Below, piece by piece: positions 54,016 to 63,463 of a DNA stretch of 64,000 nt. The position numbers were made by a program, and so were the translations under genes. Position 1 is the first letter of the stretch; every line of letters begins with the position of its first letter. The stretch spans positions 1 through 64,000 of the IMG/VR virus record IMGVR_UViG_3300027852_000002. One strand, 5' to 3'. The notes beneath the pieces are model-generated. The model made no database searches and was not told the origin of the DNA. It worked only from the letters and a program-made list of their open reading frames with translations. The DNA is from a virus.

Positions 54016-56162
54016 TACGGGTGCCTCGCTTCTATTTCAGCAGTTGTTTGATCCTTGTTGAATATCTGGAGATCATGGACTTGATTTATGTATGGATGAT
54101 CTTTGAAAATATACAAGAACAATTGAGAAGCCCCAAACTCTCCGTCATAAGCACCAGGAGTGCCGTCCCATGACCATAAACCATCACCATCAATATCTAA
54201 AATTCCAATTTGATAGGTGCCTTCGGTATTGCCCCACCTGACAGCCACGCGGTATTTATTACCAGATACAAAAAGCTCATTAACTGCACCCAATGCAGAA
54301 CCCGCAAATGTTTTTACTCCTCCATCATCCATATAAAGTATGTAGCCACCAACGCCGTCTGTAGTAAACGTTTCTAAATCAGTAGTTGATAGATCAACTT
54401 TGTCATATTCAGGAGTCCAATCAAAGACTAAATAACCCTCATCTTGATTAAACACAGCACTGGAATAAGGATGCTGGTTAGCGTCTGTGTTTCTAATAGC
54501 AGAGCCGCCGATTACCTCAACTAAGCTGGTAGAAAATGCGCTATCTTCCATCTGGTTCGCTATAAAATATAAAGTTGATCCAGCAGGAACCGCGAGCCTT
54601 ACTTTATTACCTATGTCATGAGTCGTTATGTTTTCAGAAGAAATCAGGGTGTAAGTGCTGGCTGTTATATTTACAGCACCGGCAGGTTTATTAAACTCCA
54701 TCCTTCCTGTGCCAGTATCTATGCGTGCATAACAAAAAATACTGTGTGCGGTTGTGTCTGCTGCTCCACCTGTTATAACAGCATATGCCCAAGCAACTCC
54801 TGCACTATTATCAAGTTTATATACTTGCTGATTTCCTATTTGTTTTAATACGGCTGGATAATTTGCTGAATCATCTACAACTGATAAAACAGAAGCGGCA
54901 TCACCAGTTTTTGTTACGCCTGTAGTATCAGTAGGATTAAGGTTGTAGTTCTCACACTTATTAGTACTCTCAGGCTCATGCCTTATAACAGGAACAGGAC
55001 TAAGAGCAGCACCAACAGCTTCAGTTACTACACCATTAACATCTACGGTATTACCGTTAGCTGTGTTGTAAATGCCTATGCCGTCTGTGGCTTTTTTGAC
55101 TGAGAAGCTAGTGACAACCCCAAGAGAAGTAGCTTGCATAAAAATAAAATCTGTTCCACCACCAGAAGTATTAACAAAAGGCACTCCACTGACTAGATCC
55201 TCATAGGTTCCAGTACCTCCAACCTTTGCTCGCAATCCACCTGTAAACTCTGCAACAATCACAAATTGCTCATCCGCAATAACATCTATATCTATAGCAG
55301 CATATAATGTTATATAAGTAGTTGTTGACTCTGCCTGACCTTCAGTAAGCGTCCAGGCAGTACCGGCATCTATCCAAGTAACACCTTCAGCTTCTTGGAA
55401 TGTTGGATCACTACATATCTCTGCACCAGTAGGAGTACCAACAGGCTCATACTCACTAGGATTCTGATTAGCTTGGCCGGTTACATCTTCTAATTGAATA
55501 TTTCTAATAGTAAAATCAGGGCAATAATTACTACCGCCCCAGAACTGTAACCGCATTCCATTATTTAAAGGATCTGTAAAATTAGGAAAACTGTCAACAG
55601 TAAATCGCTGCCACTCATCTGTTAATTCCGCAATATCATTTGCGATAGCTGATGCACCACCATCATACCTATTTAGTTGACAGATAATATTCTTCCCTAA
55701 ATTTGCGGTAGTGGTTTTTGCTTCATAACTAACCCTAAAGTCCTTTCCAACTAAAAGTCCAGCCCCAGGATAAAGTGAAGCATCAGTTTCTATTCTGTCA
55801 GCAGACCCTACCACAGTTACAGTTAAATCTAGCTCACCATATGTGTCACCATCAACTATGGCACCACTTCCATAAGTACGCCAGTTATCAGAATCATGTA
55901 GCTCAGCTATATAAAGATTCCTAACCTGCCTACTACCCTTATAAGGCAATATCCCAGATTCAAAGACTCTCAGTATCCCTTCATGATCTACTACTAATCT
56001 ATAGTCATCGCCCCGGTCATCGTCCCATAGCCCCTGGACTGATCTGCCAGCGCTATCCCAACCAGGAAGACCGAGCAAAGTACGAACTGCAGCGACGCCT
56101 TTCCGGTACGCACCAGGCAAACGGGGGGCGTTATAACGAAGTCTAGGGCTTAAGCGTTTCAT
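54015..56162 (-). CDS. large tail/receptor-binding-like structural protein
   Basis: 715 aa, rich in T, G, N and A; TAATG junction. Confidence 0.7.
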   Translation of the reverse strand: MKRLSPRLRYNAPRLPGAYRKGVAAVRTLLGLPGWDSAGRSVQGLWDDDRGDDYRLVVDHEGILRVFESGILPYKGSRQVRNLYIAELHDSDNWRTYGSGAIVDGDTYGELDLTVTVVGSADRIETDASLYPGAGLLVGKDFRVSYEAKTTTANLGKNIICQLNRYDGGASAIANDIAELTDEWQRFTVDSFPNFTDPLNNGMRLQFWGGSNYCPDFTIRNIQLEDVTGQANQNPSEYEPVGTPTGAEICSDPTFQEAEGVTWIDAGTAWTLTEGQAESTTTYITLYAAIDIDVIADEQFVIVAEFTGGLRAKVGGTGTYEDLVSGVPFVNTSGGGTDFIFMQATSLGVVTSFSVKKATDGIGIYNTANGNTVDVNGVVTEAVGAALSPVPVIRHEPESTNKCENYNLNPTDTTGVTKTGDAASVLSVVDDSANYPAVLKQIGNQQVYKLDNSAGVAWAYAVITGGAADTTAHSIFCYARIDTGTGRMEFNKPAGAVNITASTYTLISSENITTHDIGNKVRLAVPAGSTLYFIANQMEDSAFSTSLVEVIGGSAIRNTDANQHPYSSAVFNQDEGYLVFDWTPEYDKVDLSTTDLETFTTDGVGGYILYMDDGGVKTFAGSALGAVNELFVSGNKYRVAVRWGNTEGTYQIGILDIDGDGLWSWDGTPGAYDGEFGASQLFLYIFKDHPYINQVHDLQIFNKDQTTAEIEARHP

Positions 56163-56455
56163 TAATAATAAGCCACGTGGAGTGTTGCGGTGCTGCCAGC
56201 ATCAATAAACTTTATCGCGTCCAAATCACCGATATACATAAAATCGAGTTCTTCAGTCAGTAACATACCATCAGTACTGATAGGATCCGTACCATCATCA
56301 CGCCAACGTACACTTCCACCTTCAGCTATGATAAGCGCAAGCGTAGCTCCTTCCGGAACAGTCAGTCCCGTAGCTGTAGCTACACTACTTATCTTCTGGT
56401 ATCCCAGAGGATTAAGTGGCCCAGCTACTTTTTGTTGATACTTAGAATGCCCCAT
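56162..56455 (-). CDS. virion-module hypothetical protein
   Basis: 97 aa with GAGAGG upstream. Confidence 0.65.
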   Translation of the reverse strand: MGHSKYQQKVAGPLNPLGYQKISSVATATGLTVPEGATLALIIAEGGSVRWRDDGTDPISTDGMLLTEELDFMYIGDLDAIKFIDAGSTATLHVAYY

Positions 56456-56480
56456 AACACCTCTCCCAATATATTAACTT

Positions 56481-57191
56481 TTACAATCCGCCATAAGTGG
56501 TAGTCTGTGCCCGACGACGTTTACGTTTTAACTCACGATCAACTTCCAAAAGAAAATCATCCCACTTACCTTCCCACTTCTCAGACTCGGTTTTACCCTT
56601 AGTTTCAGTATCATGTTTCAAATACGCCTGGGCTTTAGCTTTCAACAACAACCCGCGTCGATACTGAGAATCGATTTCCAACGCCGCGCCATCCACCAAA
56701 CTAGCTTTTGGTAAACGGTACACAGACCACAAAATAGTATCATTAGTTTTTGGAATTGGAGATAGCCGTCCTTTTCCTTTCTCCAGGTCAGTAACCACAT
56801 AAGAAGGTGTTCCTACCTGATCTTCCCAACCATTTGTCCCGCTTACCTGCATTCCATAATCATCATGGAGTTCCCCCCGTTCCATATCCCTAAGTGTGCG
56901 GGGGAGGAGGGTACGTTTCAACGTCTGCATGCGCCCTTTACGGATTCGCGTAATCCTGGGGTCAACTTTAACCCAGGGATCATCAGCAGTGATAGGAGAC
57001 GAGAATGTTCGCCCATCTGGTAAAGCATCGACGTGGCGACAGAATTCCTCCTGCGCCACGTCGAGATAGCGGATTATTTCCGCATCAGACCACAGAGAGT
57101 CTTCATCAGGAGTGGTGCCAGTTCCAGGCATTTCGGGATCTGTCATATCCTCGCGAAAAAGACGTATCAGAGCTGTAGTATCAATCGCCAT
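56481..57191 (-). CDS. putative head-tail adaptor/connector protein (by position only)
   Basis: 236-aa ORF downstream of the capsid genes. Confidence 0.5.
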   Translation of the reverse strand: MAIDTTALIRLFREDMTDPEMPGTGTTPDEDSLWSDAEIIRYLDVAQEEFCRHVDALPDGRTFSSPITADDPWVKVDPRITRIRKGRMQTLKRTLLPRTLRDMERGELHDDYGMQVSGTNGWEDQVGTPSYVVTDLEKGKGRLSPIPKTNDTILWSVYRLPKASLVDGAALEIDSQYRRGLLLKAKAQAYLKHDTETKGKTESEKWEGKWDDFLLEVDRELKRKRRRAQTTTYGGL

Positions 57192-57567
57192 GCATCTCGT
57201 CCAGTATCATCTGCCAAACGCTGGCGATCTCTTTCGCAGATACAGAAAAACCACAAACCTCTTTCACTACGTTGATCTTTGGTTTTCCGGCAGCAGTAAA
57301 GTCTTCGCGAGCATTTTTTGTACGTATGGCAACCAGAGCTTCCTTGATCTTATTCTCTCGGTCCAAACCTGTAGGATCAGGCATAACTTCGGGCTCAGGT
57401 TGTTTCAGGTCTTCTTCATCTAACGGTACACAGCCTTTCTCCATGGCCAGAGGAACGAGGAAAGCAGGAACTACAGTGGCGTCCTCTTCCTTTTTAAATT
57501 TCTTGAAAACAAGTGTGTGACCAGCCGTAGTGCGTAAAGTGAAATTACGCAATGATTTCATTTTCAT
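57181..57567 (-). CDS. virion-module hypothetical protein
   Basis: 128 aa with GAGG upstream; first gene after the terminator. Confidence 0.65.
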   Translation of the reverse strand: MKMKSLRNFTLRTTAGHTLVFKKFKKEEDATVVPAFLVPLAMEKGCVPLDEEDLKQPEPEVMPDPTGLDRENKIKEALVAIRTKNAREDFTAAGKPKINVVKEVCGFSVSAKEIASVWQMILDEMHGD

Positions 57568-57593
57568 AGTTATAACCTCATTATTATTTTCTT

Positions 57594-57629
57594 AAAAAAA
57601 GGGGGAATAGGGCATAGCCCTACGCCCCC
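57594..57629 (-). terminator. Rho-independent terminator
   Basis: On the - strand, GGGGG-CG-TAGGGC TAT GCCCTA-TT-CCCCC is followed by TTTTTTT (57594-57600 on +). Confidence 0.7.
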
Positions 57630-57646
57630 TAACGGTCCCACGGAGG

Positions 57647-58048
57647 TTAACCGCGTACTTCGTTTCCGCGTCCTTGGACGACGTATTCGAAGTAAACCAA
57701 CCCATTACCTTCGGTAGGAGCACCGACTACAGTTACGGTGGCGATGATTTCATCAACAGTCAGAGACTGATAACCAGTAATGTCGAAATCAACCGGAGTA
57801 CCAGCAGCTGCTGTCTTCAGATCAATCGGAGTAGCAGTGTACTCGTCATCATCAACAGAATCACCGATATCCATTACCGCAGAGGTAGCGGAGTCCCATG
57901 CTAGAATGGGGATATACATACCCCTAGTGATAATTGCATCACCAGGAATTTCTGCCAGGGCCTCAGCAACGCCTGACACAAAATCGTCATAGGCAACTGG
58001 TGCGAGTACTGCTAGAGGCCACTGCTGTTCATATACTTTTGCGCTCAT
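57647..58048 (-). CDS. abundant-transcript head protein candidate (decoration or accessory)
   Basis: 133-aa ORF between the MCP and a strong terminator; AGGAG upstream. Confidence 0.6.
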   Translation of the reverse strand: MSAKVYEQQWPLAVLAPVAYDDFVSGVAEALAEIPGDAIITRGMYIPILAWDSATSAVMDIGDSVDDDEYTATPIDLKTAAAGTPVDFDITGYQSLTVDEIIATVTVVGAPTEGNGLVYFEYVVQGRGNEVRG

Positions 58049-58080
58049 ATTAAATCTCCTGTGTATTGAGCTTCACAGTT

Positions 58081-58104
58081 TTCCCGCCTCAAAAGAGGCG
58101 GGAA
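58081..58104 (-). other. 10-bp stem-loop just downstream of the MCP gene
   Basis: TTCCCGCCTC-TTTT-GAGGCGGGAA on the - strand. There is no 3' U-tract. Confidence 0.4.
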
Positions 58105-58113
58105 TCACTATGA

Positions 58114-59232
58114 TTACGCATCTTCAATAGCAGTATCACAACAGATGACGCCAAAATCCTCGTCACTGTCAGTTACATTGGTGTGGAACACTGGCTTCAG
58201 AAAGCCAAAGATCTTACCAATACTGATGCCCTGCTGGTTATCGTAGTCAAAACCCTTCTCTTCCCAATCAGCATCACCGATGTCGGCGTAACCCAGAGCC
58301 TGGGCACCGCAGAACAGTACACGCTGACCATCCACGTCTTGACTGGAACCCCATTTATCAGTGCCAGAGATCAGACCCTTGGTGTTGTATACATGGCGGT
58401 ATTCAGAGATAGCCAAACCATCTACGAACACAGTATCGGTGCCCTTAAACAGTTCGTTACCAGGACCGCGAACGCCTGCATTACGGACGTTGGCCAGGTA
58501 ATCTGAATCCTGCTTCAGCTTCGCCATACCCAACGGGGTCATGAATACGTGGTAGAAAGCGATGCCATCCTTAGTACGGATCGGACGGAGGAAGTTGTCC
58601 TTGGCATAGGCTTTCAGCTCAACGAGCATACCCCAACTTGGAGTATCGCCACCTTCTACAGCAGCAGTATCACCAGCCTGCAATCCGAGGGTAGCATCCC
58701 ACCGGCGATGGCGGTTAGCAGTTGGAGCAGAAACATCAGCTGCATATTCCAGGAATGGCAGGTCAGAACCTACGCGAGACGCACCATTGGTATGGTAGGC
58801 ATAGTCAACACCGGACATGGTGAGAAATGCCATCTGATCAGAACGGTCAGCCATCCAGTATGCCAGCTTGTCACGGGACTGCTCACGGAAAGTGACAACA
58901 GAGCGTTGCTCAGCCATCTTACCTTCGTTGCGGTTAGCGTGACGCAGCTGATCGATCTGAATAACCTGATCGTAGCTTGCCATCTGCTCTTCGTTACCTT
59001 CCAGAGTACGGTCACCGGCGATACCGTCGCCAACCAGATCTGCTACGAGAGTGATAACAGCACGTGCGCCTTTCTCAGTCTTTTTCAGCTCACTAATACG
59101 CTGAACTAGAGCATCTGCACTGCTGCCTGTGAACTTGTTGAGGAAAGAGTTATTCCGAGCTTGTTCCCAGAAATCCATCGACCAGATGGTTTTTTCCTCG
59201 TCGGTCATCCGACTAAAATTTGTTGCTGCCAT
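58114..59232 (-). CDS. major capsid protein (N4 gp56-like family, from memory)
   Basis: 372 aa. N-terminal FSRMTDEEKTIWSMDFWEQARNNSFLNKFTG and GDRTLEGNEEQM resemble the N4-type MCP. AAGGAGG upstream. Downstream of portal and scaffold. Confidence 0.8.
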   Translation of the reverse strand: MAATNFSRMTDEEKTIWSMDFWEQARNNSFLNKFTGSSADALVQRISELKKTEKGARAVITLVADLVGDGIAGDRTLEGNEEQMASYDQVIQIDQLRHANRNEGKMAEQRSVVTFREQSRDKLAYWMADRSDQMAFLTMSGVDYAYHTNGASRVGSDLPFLEYAADVSAPTANRHRRWDATLGLQAGDTAAVEGGDTPSWGMLVELKAYAKDNFLRPIRTKDGIAFYHVFMTPLGMAKLKQDSDYLANVRNAGVRGPGNELFKGTDTVFVDGLAISEYRHVYNTKGLISGTDKWGSSQDVDGQRVLFCGAQALGYADIGDADWEEKGFDYDNQQGISIGKIFGFLKPVFHTNVTDSDEDFGVICCDTAIEDA

Positions 59233-59386
59233 GGTATGCGCCTCCTTGTATAGACGTAACTGGCGTTAATCCAAAAGTAATTGAACTCTGCTCTATCGCT
59301 GCAGATTGCGAGTCACGACCCTTTTATGGACTAGAGCCCAAGGAGGTTCCGATTCTCCGTTACTGTATCGCACGTAACTTTCGAAG

Positions 59387-59413
59387 GAGCGTAGGGGCTG
59401 AACCCCTACGCTC
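59387..59413 (-). other. perfect 11-bp stem-loop between the Tad2-like gene and the MCP gene
   Basis: GAGCGTAGGGG-5 nt-CCCCTACGCTC. No U-tract follows. Confidence 0.45.
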
Positions 59414-59436
59414 TGAGTATATGTCAAAGTTTTATC

Positions 59437-59706
59437 TTACGCAACAAGCTCCCAATCATTAGCAAGTAAATCAGATTGAGACGCTAACCAAGGTACAATT
59501 GTGCCATCAGCTGTTCGCATATCAATATGCGGTTGGTAGCTAATCTCAGTGCCTTCCAAATAAATACCCAGCAAAGGCGCACGATTTACATTGAAAGTAG
59601 ACCCAGGCACCAGGAAAACAAACATCTCTTTTCCGTTCCAACCAGACCGTGTTACTTTTCCACCATCCTTAAGCATTTCCAACGCTTGACTAAAATCCAT
59701 CTTCAT
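59437..59706 (-). CDS. DUF2829 (Tad2-like) protein
   Basis: MDFSQALEMLKDGGKVTRSGWNGKEMFVFLV...PWLASQSDLLANDWELV matches the DUF2829 pattern F.eAl..lk.G.kv.R..W......W..sq.DlLa.DW. Confidence 0.75.
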   Translation of the reverse strand: MKMDFSQALEMLKDGGKVTRSGWNGKEMFVFLVPGSTFNVNRAPLLGIYLEGTEISYQPHIDMRTADGTIVPWLASQSDLLANDWELVA

Positions 59707-59757
59707 TATTATTTACCTCTATAAGTAGTAGAGGGCCGCAGCCCTCCGTCTTGGTTT

Positions 59758-60855
59758 TTACACGTTGTAATCACCACGCAGCCGTTTCTTCGTTTCTTCC
59801 GGCAGAGCCCGAAAATCGGTTATGGTCATCTTTGATGGCAGTGGATCCTGTCCACTCTTACCAGCTTTGTCGCCATCATCACCAACACCTGACATATCAT
59901 GCGGTTGTTTGTTGGCTGCATCCACAGCTTTCTCCACCGCTTTCTGTTTACGTTTTTCGACTTCCGCCTGCTGCTCTTCAGTAAGTTTAGCCCCCTCCTC
60001 TTCTTCCTCTTCACCAGCCTTAGCTTCACTCTCATCAGCTTTAGCTGCAGGCTCCGGCTGTACAATCTTCACCGCTTCCAGCAACGCATTGGCGGGAGAA
60101 TACTTATTGGTAGCCAGGAACGCCTCGCGTACCTGCTGCACCTGATCAGTCAGTTTCTGATCATAATCATCCGACTCAGTATCCAGAGCGGGGTAACGCT
60201 TTTCGATCACGTCATACGCTGCTTCCAGCTCCAAGTTCTGCGTTACGTCGGTAGCTGTCTGCTTGCTGCTGGCGGCTATATCCAGGTGCATCAGTGCCAT
60301 CTCCTTACCACGAATCTCACGCCGGATTATTACCGCAGCTTCGCGGTTGTTATCAGCCAGGGCATCCAGAAGTTTCCCTTCCAGCTCCTCCAGCTCTTCA
60401 TCGATGGCCTCACGCGGATCAGCTTCAGGCTCCTCTTTCTTCTCCACCGGTTGCCCAGCGAGCTGGTAATCAGTCAGCTTGTCCTGTAGAGCGTTGTTCT
60501 GATCCTCCAGCTCACGTACCCGTTTAGCCTTGGAATCAAGGCGAGACTTCGGAACCATGTGCCCCTTATCGTCATCTCCACTCTTATCATCTCCACTTTT
60601 ATCATCCTCGCCCTTGGCAGCTTTGGCATCAGCGTCAGCCTTTTCATCTTCAGCTACTTTCGCCTCAGCATCAGCTTTGATCTTATCAGCTTCAGCCTTT
60701 TCAGCTGCGGTCTTTTCAGCTTCGGCCTTAGCCGCAGCTTCCGCTTCAGGATCCTTGACCTCATCATCAGTCTCTTTACCGAAGTTATCACCCCGCGCCT
60801 GTGCTACGGCCTTGGGATCACTCCAATCCAGGTCTTGTACTGCTTGCTTACCCAT
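59758..60855 (-). CDS. scaffolding protein
   Basis: 365 aa, rich in A, E, K and D with coiled-coil character. It lies between portal and capsid genes, with GAGGTG upstream. Confidence 0.7.
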   Translation of the reverse strand: MGKQAVQDLDWSDPKAVAQARGDNFGKETDDEVKDPEAEAAAKAEAEKTAAEKAEADKIKADAEAKVAEDEKADADAKAAKGEDDKSGDDKSGDDDKGHMVPKSRLDSKAKRVRELEDQNNALQDKLTDYQLAGQPVEKKEEPEADPREAIDEELEELEGKLLDALADNNREAAVIIRREIRGKEMALMHLDIAASSKQTATDVTQNLELEAAYDVIEKRYPALDTESDDYDQKLTDQVQQVREAFLATNKYSPANALLEAVKIVQPEPAAKADESEAKAGEEEEEEGAKLTEEQQAEVEKRKQKAVEKAVDAANKQPHDMSGVGDDGDKAGKSGQDPLPSKMTITDFRALPEETKKRLRGDYNV

Positions 60856-60857
60856 AA

Positions 60858-62969
60858 TTATTCACCTCGTTTCTCTGCGGGTTTACTTTCTTGTGACTTC
60901 AACACCAACAACTTCTGTGCTTCCGTCGCTTTTTTCAACAAGAGTTCTGCCTGCATCTTTTCTCTCGCCAGGTTCAATTCCTCTCGTTTGATATCCAACT
61001 CTCCATCGATCTTATACTTCTGCAGCCGCATCTCCGCAACTACACGCTCACGCTCAGTACGCGCTTCCAGCAACTTGGCATTGTCACCACCGCCACTACG
61101 CCCCTCGCCTTCAGCAGTCTCCTGCGCCCGTACCAGGTTAAGTGCGGTCTCTGATTGTTTGTGGCTGTTCTCAGCTCTGATCTTATCAGCTTCAAGCCGC
61201 TTGAGTTCGACCTCCAGCCGCTGCAGCTCCTGCTGCTCCGGACTCGGCTCGCCATCACCCATCTTATCCTTGATGCGCTTAACAACTTCACCTTTACGTG
61301 CCAGATGAGAATTCTCAACAATTACATCATCAGGTATGGGAATGCCCTGCTCGCGCATACGCATGGCCTCATCGAACTGAGACTCTTCGAACGTATTGCG
61401 TGGGGGCACTTGAGTAATAGTCAGTTCGTATTCACCCAGAGTGAGGTCGTTAGCAATGCGCCCTTCCGGAGTCATCTGATTAACGGTGAACTCCTCCGAT
61501 TCAGCATTGAGGTCGCTGCCGGTGATACGCATCAACCGTTCTTCAGTATAATACTCCTGCACGATGTCTGTAGTGTTACGTGCTAAAAGAAACTGAGTGA
61601 AGCCGAGGTTAGCCAGAGGCTTGGCAAAGTTCACTGATCCACGTACCTGCTTAGCCATAATGGCCTTAGCCGCCACGTCAGCTCGGTCAAAACCCCGCAT
61701 GGAATCAGAAGACATGGAGATCTCTTTCAAATCCTCAGCCGCTTTAAACGCTACCCGCTCCAGTCCAGTCGGAATGGCATTGGCGGTGATCTTATCAGCG
61801 TTGTTGATATCGTCCAGCTCCATCACCAGACCAGTCTCAGCTCCACGCTCCTCCACCTCTTCGATATCCATATTCTGCAACGAACCGGTCTTGATCTTCC
61901 ACCCGCTGTTGGCAGTAGTATTGATTACATGCAGCTCCTGGCTAGAGCTCTTATTGTACAGCTCCTGCGGCCCGATCATATTCTCAACCAAGCCGATGGT
62001 GTTGCCTCTGCGAAAAAACGGGAAATACGGAACTACAGTGAAGTGTTTATACGGGCTGCGCTCGTGATGCAGTACTACGTCGTCAGCAGTTACAGTCCAC
62101 CAGTAAGCATCGGTAGGGCGGGAAATAGTGCCGAGGTTGAACGCCTGCATGATGAGGCGGATCTTCTCCCGATCCATATCTTTCGGAATAATACGAGTGT
62201 CGCCAGTAACCAGGTCTACGAAGTGTTCGCGCTGTTCAACTTTCTTATACTGACGCTCCAGAATACGAATTCTGCGCCGATGCGCTGCGTTGGCATCATC
62301 AGCAGTCCTGCGCCGACTACCACCGAAAGTATCCGGCCTGGTATCGATGAAGTCATACCCATACATATAGTTCGACTTGGTCTTGTGTTCCAGCTCCTTC
62401 TTGGCAGCAGCCCCCCAAGTCAGTTCGATGTCATCCAGACTGAACCATTTGGATATAAACAGCTCTTTCCAATAGTCCGGATCATACTCTTCGGCATCCG
62501 GATCCAGGACCACATTATTAGGATTCAGTGATTCAATCTTCACCTCTCCAAACACAGAATCGTTAAATCCCAGGCGTACATCGAAGAAGCCCCGACTGGT
62601 AATACTCCCATCATCAAAAACAGCTGACTCTTTCCAGGTCAGCTGTGTGTTGTTCTGAATCTGTATCCACACCTTTGACAGTGCGTCAGCCGTCTCCTGG
62701 TTCCCATTCTTCGAAGGCCGGAATCCAATCTCCGCCCGATTCTCAATCTGTTCACCGAAGATACTGGCCATGCTCGGCAGCACCTTATTCATAGTCAGGG
62801 CTGGACGACGGGTGCGTCGTAACTTGGCCAGATCCTCTTCGTCCCACTGTATGCCAGCAAAGAAATTCTCACACTTCTTGGCTTTCTCTAAAAACTTAGT
62901 GTGTCCGTTATCACGACAATACACATAGTGTTCTGCTTGCTCTGTAGCAACCTGGCTGGTCATTGTCAT
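60858..62969 (-). CDS. portal protein
   Basis: About 703 aa, downstream of TerL and upstream of scaffold and MCP. Start set at ATG 62969; the track's 62999 is a TTG overlapping the HAD gene. Confidence 0.75.
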   Translation of the reverse strand: MTMTSQVATEQAEHYVYCRDNGHTKFLEKAKKCENFFAGIQWDEEDLAKLRRTRRPALTMNKVLPSMASIFGEQIENRAEIGFRPSKNGNQETADALSKVWIQIQNNTQLTWKESAVFDDGSITSRGFFDVRLGFNDSVFGEVKIESLNPNNVVLDPDAEEYDPDYWKELFISKWFSLDDIELTWGAAAKKELEHKTKSNYMYGYDFIDTRPDTFGGSRRRTADDANAAHRRRIRILERQYKKVEQREHFVDLVTGDTRIIPKDMDREKIRLIMQAFNLGTISRPTDAYWWTVTADDVVLHHERSPYKHFTVVPYFPFFRRGNTIGLVENMIGPQELYNKSSSQELHVINTTANSGWKIKTGSLQNMDIEEVEERGAETGLVMELDDINNADKITANAIPTGLERVAFKAAEDLKEISMSSDSMRGFDRADVAAKAIMAKQVRGSVNFAKPLANLGFTQFLLARNTTDIVQEYYTEERLMRITGSDLNAESEEFTVNQMTPEGRIANDLTLGEYELTITQVPPRNTFEESQFDEAMRMREQGIPIPDDVIVENSHLARKGEVVKRIKDKMGDGEPSPEQQELQRLEVELKRLEADKIRAENSHKQSETALNLVRAQETAEGEGRSGGGDNAKLLEARTERERVVAEMRLQKYKIDGELDIKREELNLAREKMQAELLLKKATEAQKLLVLKSQESKPAEKRGE

Positions 62970-62979
62970 ACATACACCC

Positions 62980-63447
62980 TTACTTGTTCCAAGGCTCAAA
63001 TTCTTTGAGCGCTTCTATATTAGGAAAGACCCCATTAAAACACCACGCTCGATCATCGATAGTTACAGATGCTGGTGGCTTAGTAAGAGGGAATTTGATT
63101 TGCTCTAAAATAAGCTTAGTCTGGTGCAGAGCTTCTTCGTCATGAGTTCCAAATCCTGCCGTATTAAAATCCCAGTGTTTGAACCCCTCAATAGTCTGGA
63201 AATAACCATACAGTGCTTGTTTCAGCCACCGTTTCATGGCCCGACGTCCACCCCACTGCGCTGACCGAGCGGAGTAAATTTGTACATCAAAGTGCATTAG
63301 TGCTTCTATCAAAAATGGTTGTGTCCCCTCTACCGGTAAATCACTAATCACCCGTGCCCCCTGCCACCCACTGGTATAAGAGTGGAGCACTCCATCAAAA
63401 TCCAAACACAAAATCGGTTTACGAGACTTCTTGTGTTTTTTCGCCAT
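62980..63447 (-). CDS. HAD-superfamily phosphatase (deoxyribonucleotidase-like)
   Basis: Motif I is LDFDGVL (DxDxV). Late motif is TKPPASVTIDDR. 155 aa. Confidence 0.7.
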   Translation of the reverse strand: MAKKHKKSRKPILCLDFDGVLHSYTSGWQGARVISDLPVEGTQPFLIEALMHFDVQIYSARSAQWGGRRAMKRWLKQALYGYFQTIEGFKHWDFNTAGFGTHDEEALHQTKLILEQIKFPLTKPPASVTIDDRAWCFNGVFPNIEALKEFEPWNK

Positions 63448-63463
63448 GCTATCTCCCTAAGAG

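Noticed and set aside
58549-59109. + strand ORF of 186 aa opposite the MCP gene
   Set aside because: It is antisense to a gene with strong MCP-like features and a strong SD, and there is no independent support.
59422-59427. TTGACA on the - strand upstream of the MCP gene as a late promoter -35
   Set aside because: No acceptable -10 lies 16-19 nt downstream. The adjacent TATACT abuts it directly, and its own -35 position reads TTGCGT (3 of 6 matches). This is not convincing.
60530-62531. + strand ORFs 60530-60991, 60559-61308, 61155-61586, 61597-62067 and 61929-62531
   Set aside because: These are shadow ORFs antisense to the scaffold and portal genes, with Ser/Leu-rich low-complexity translations.
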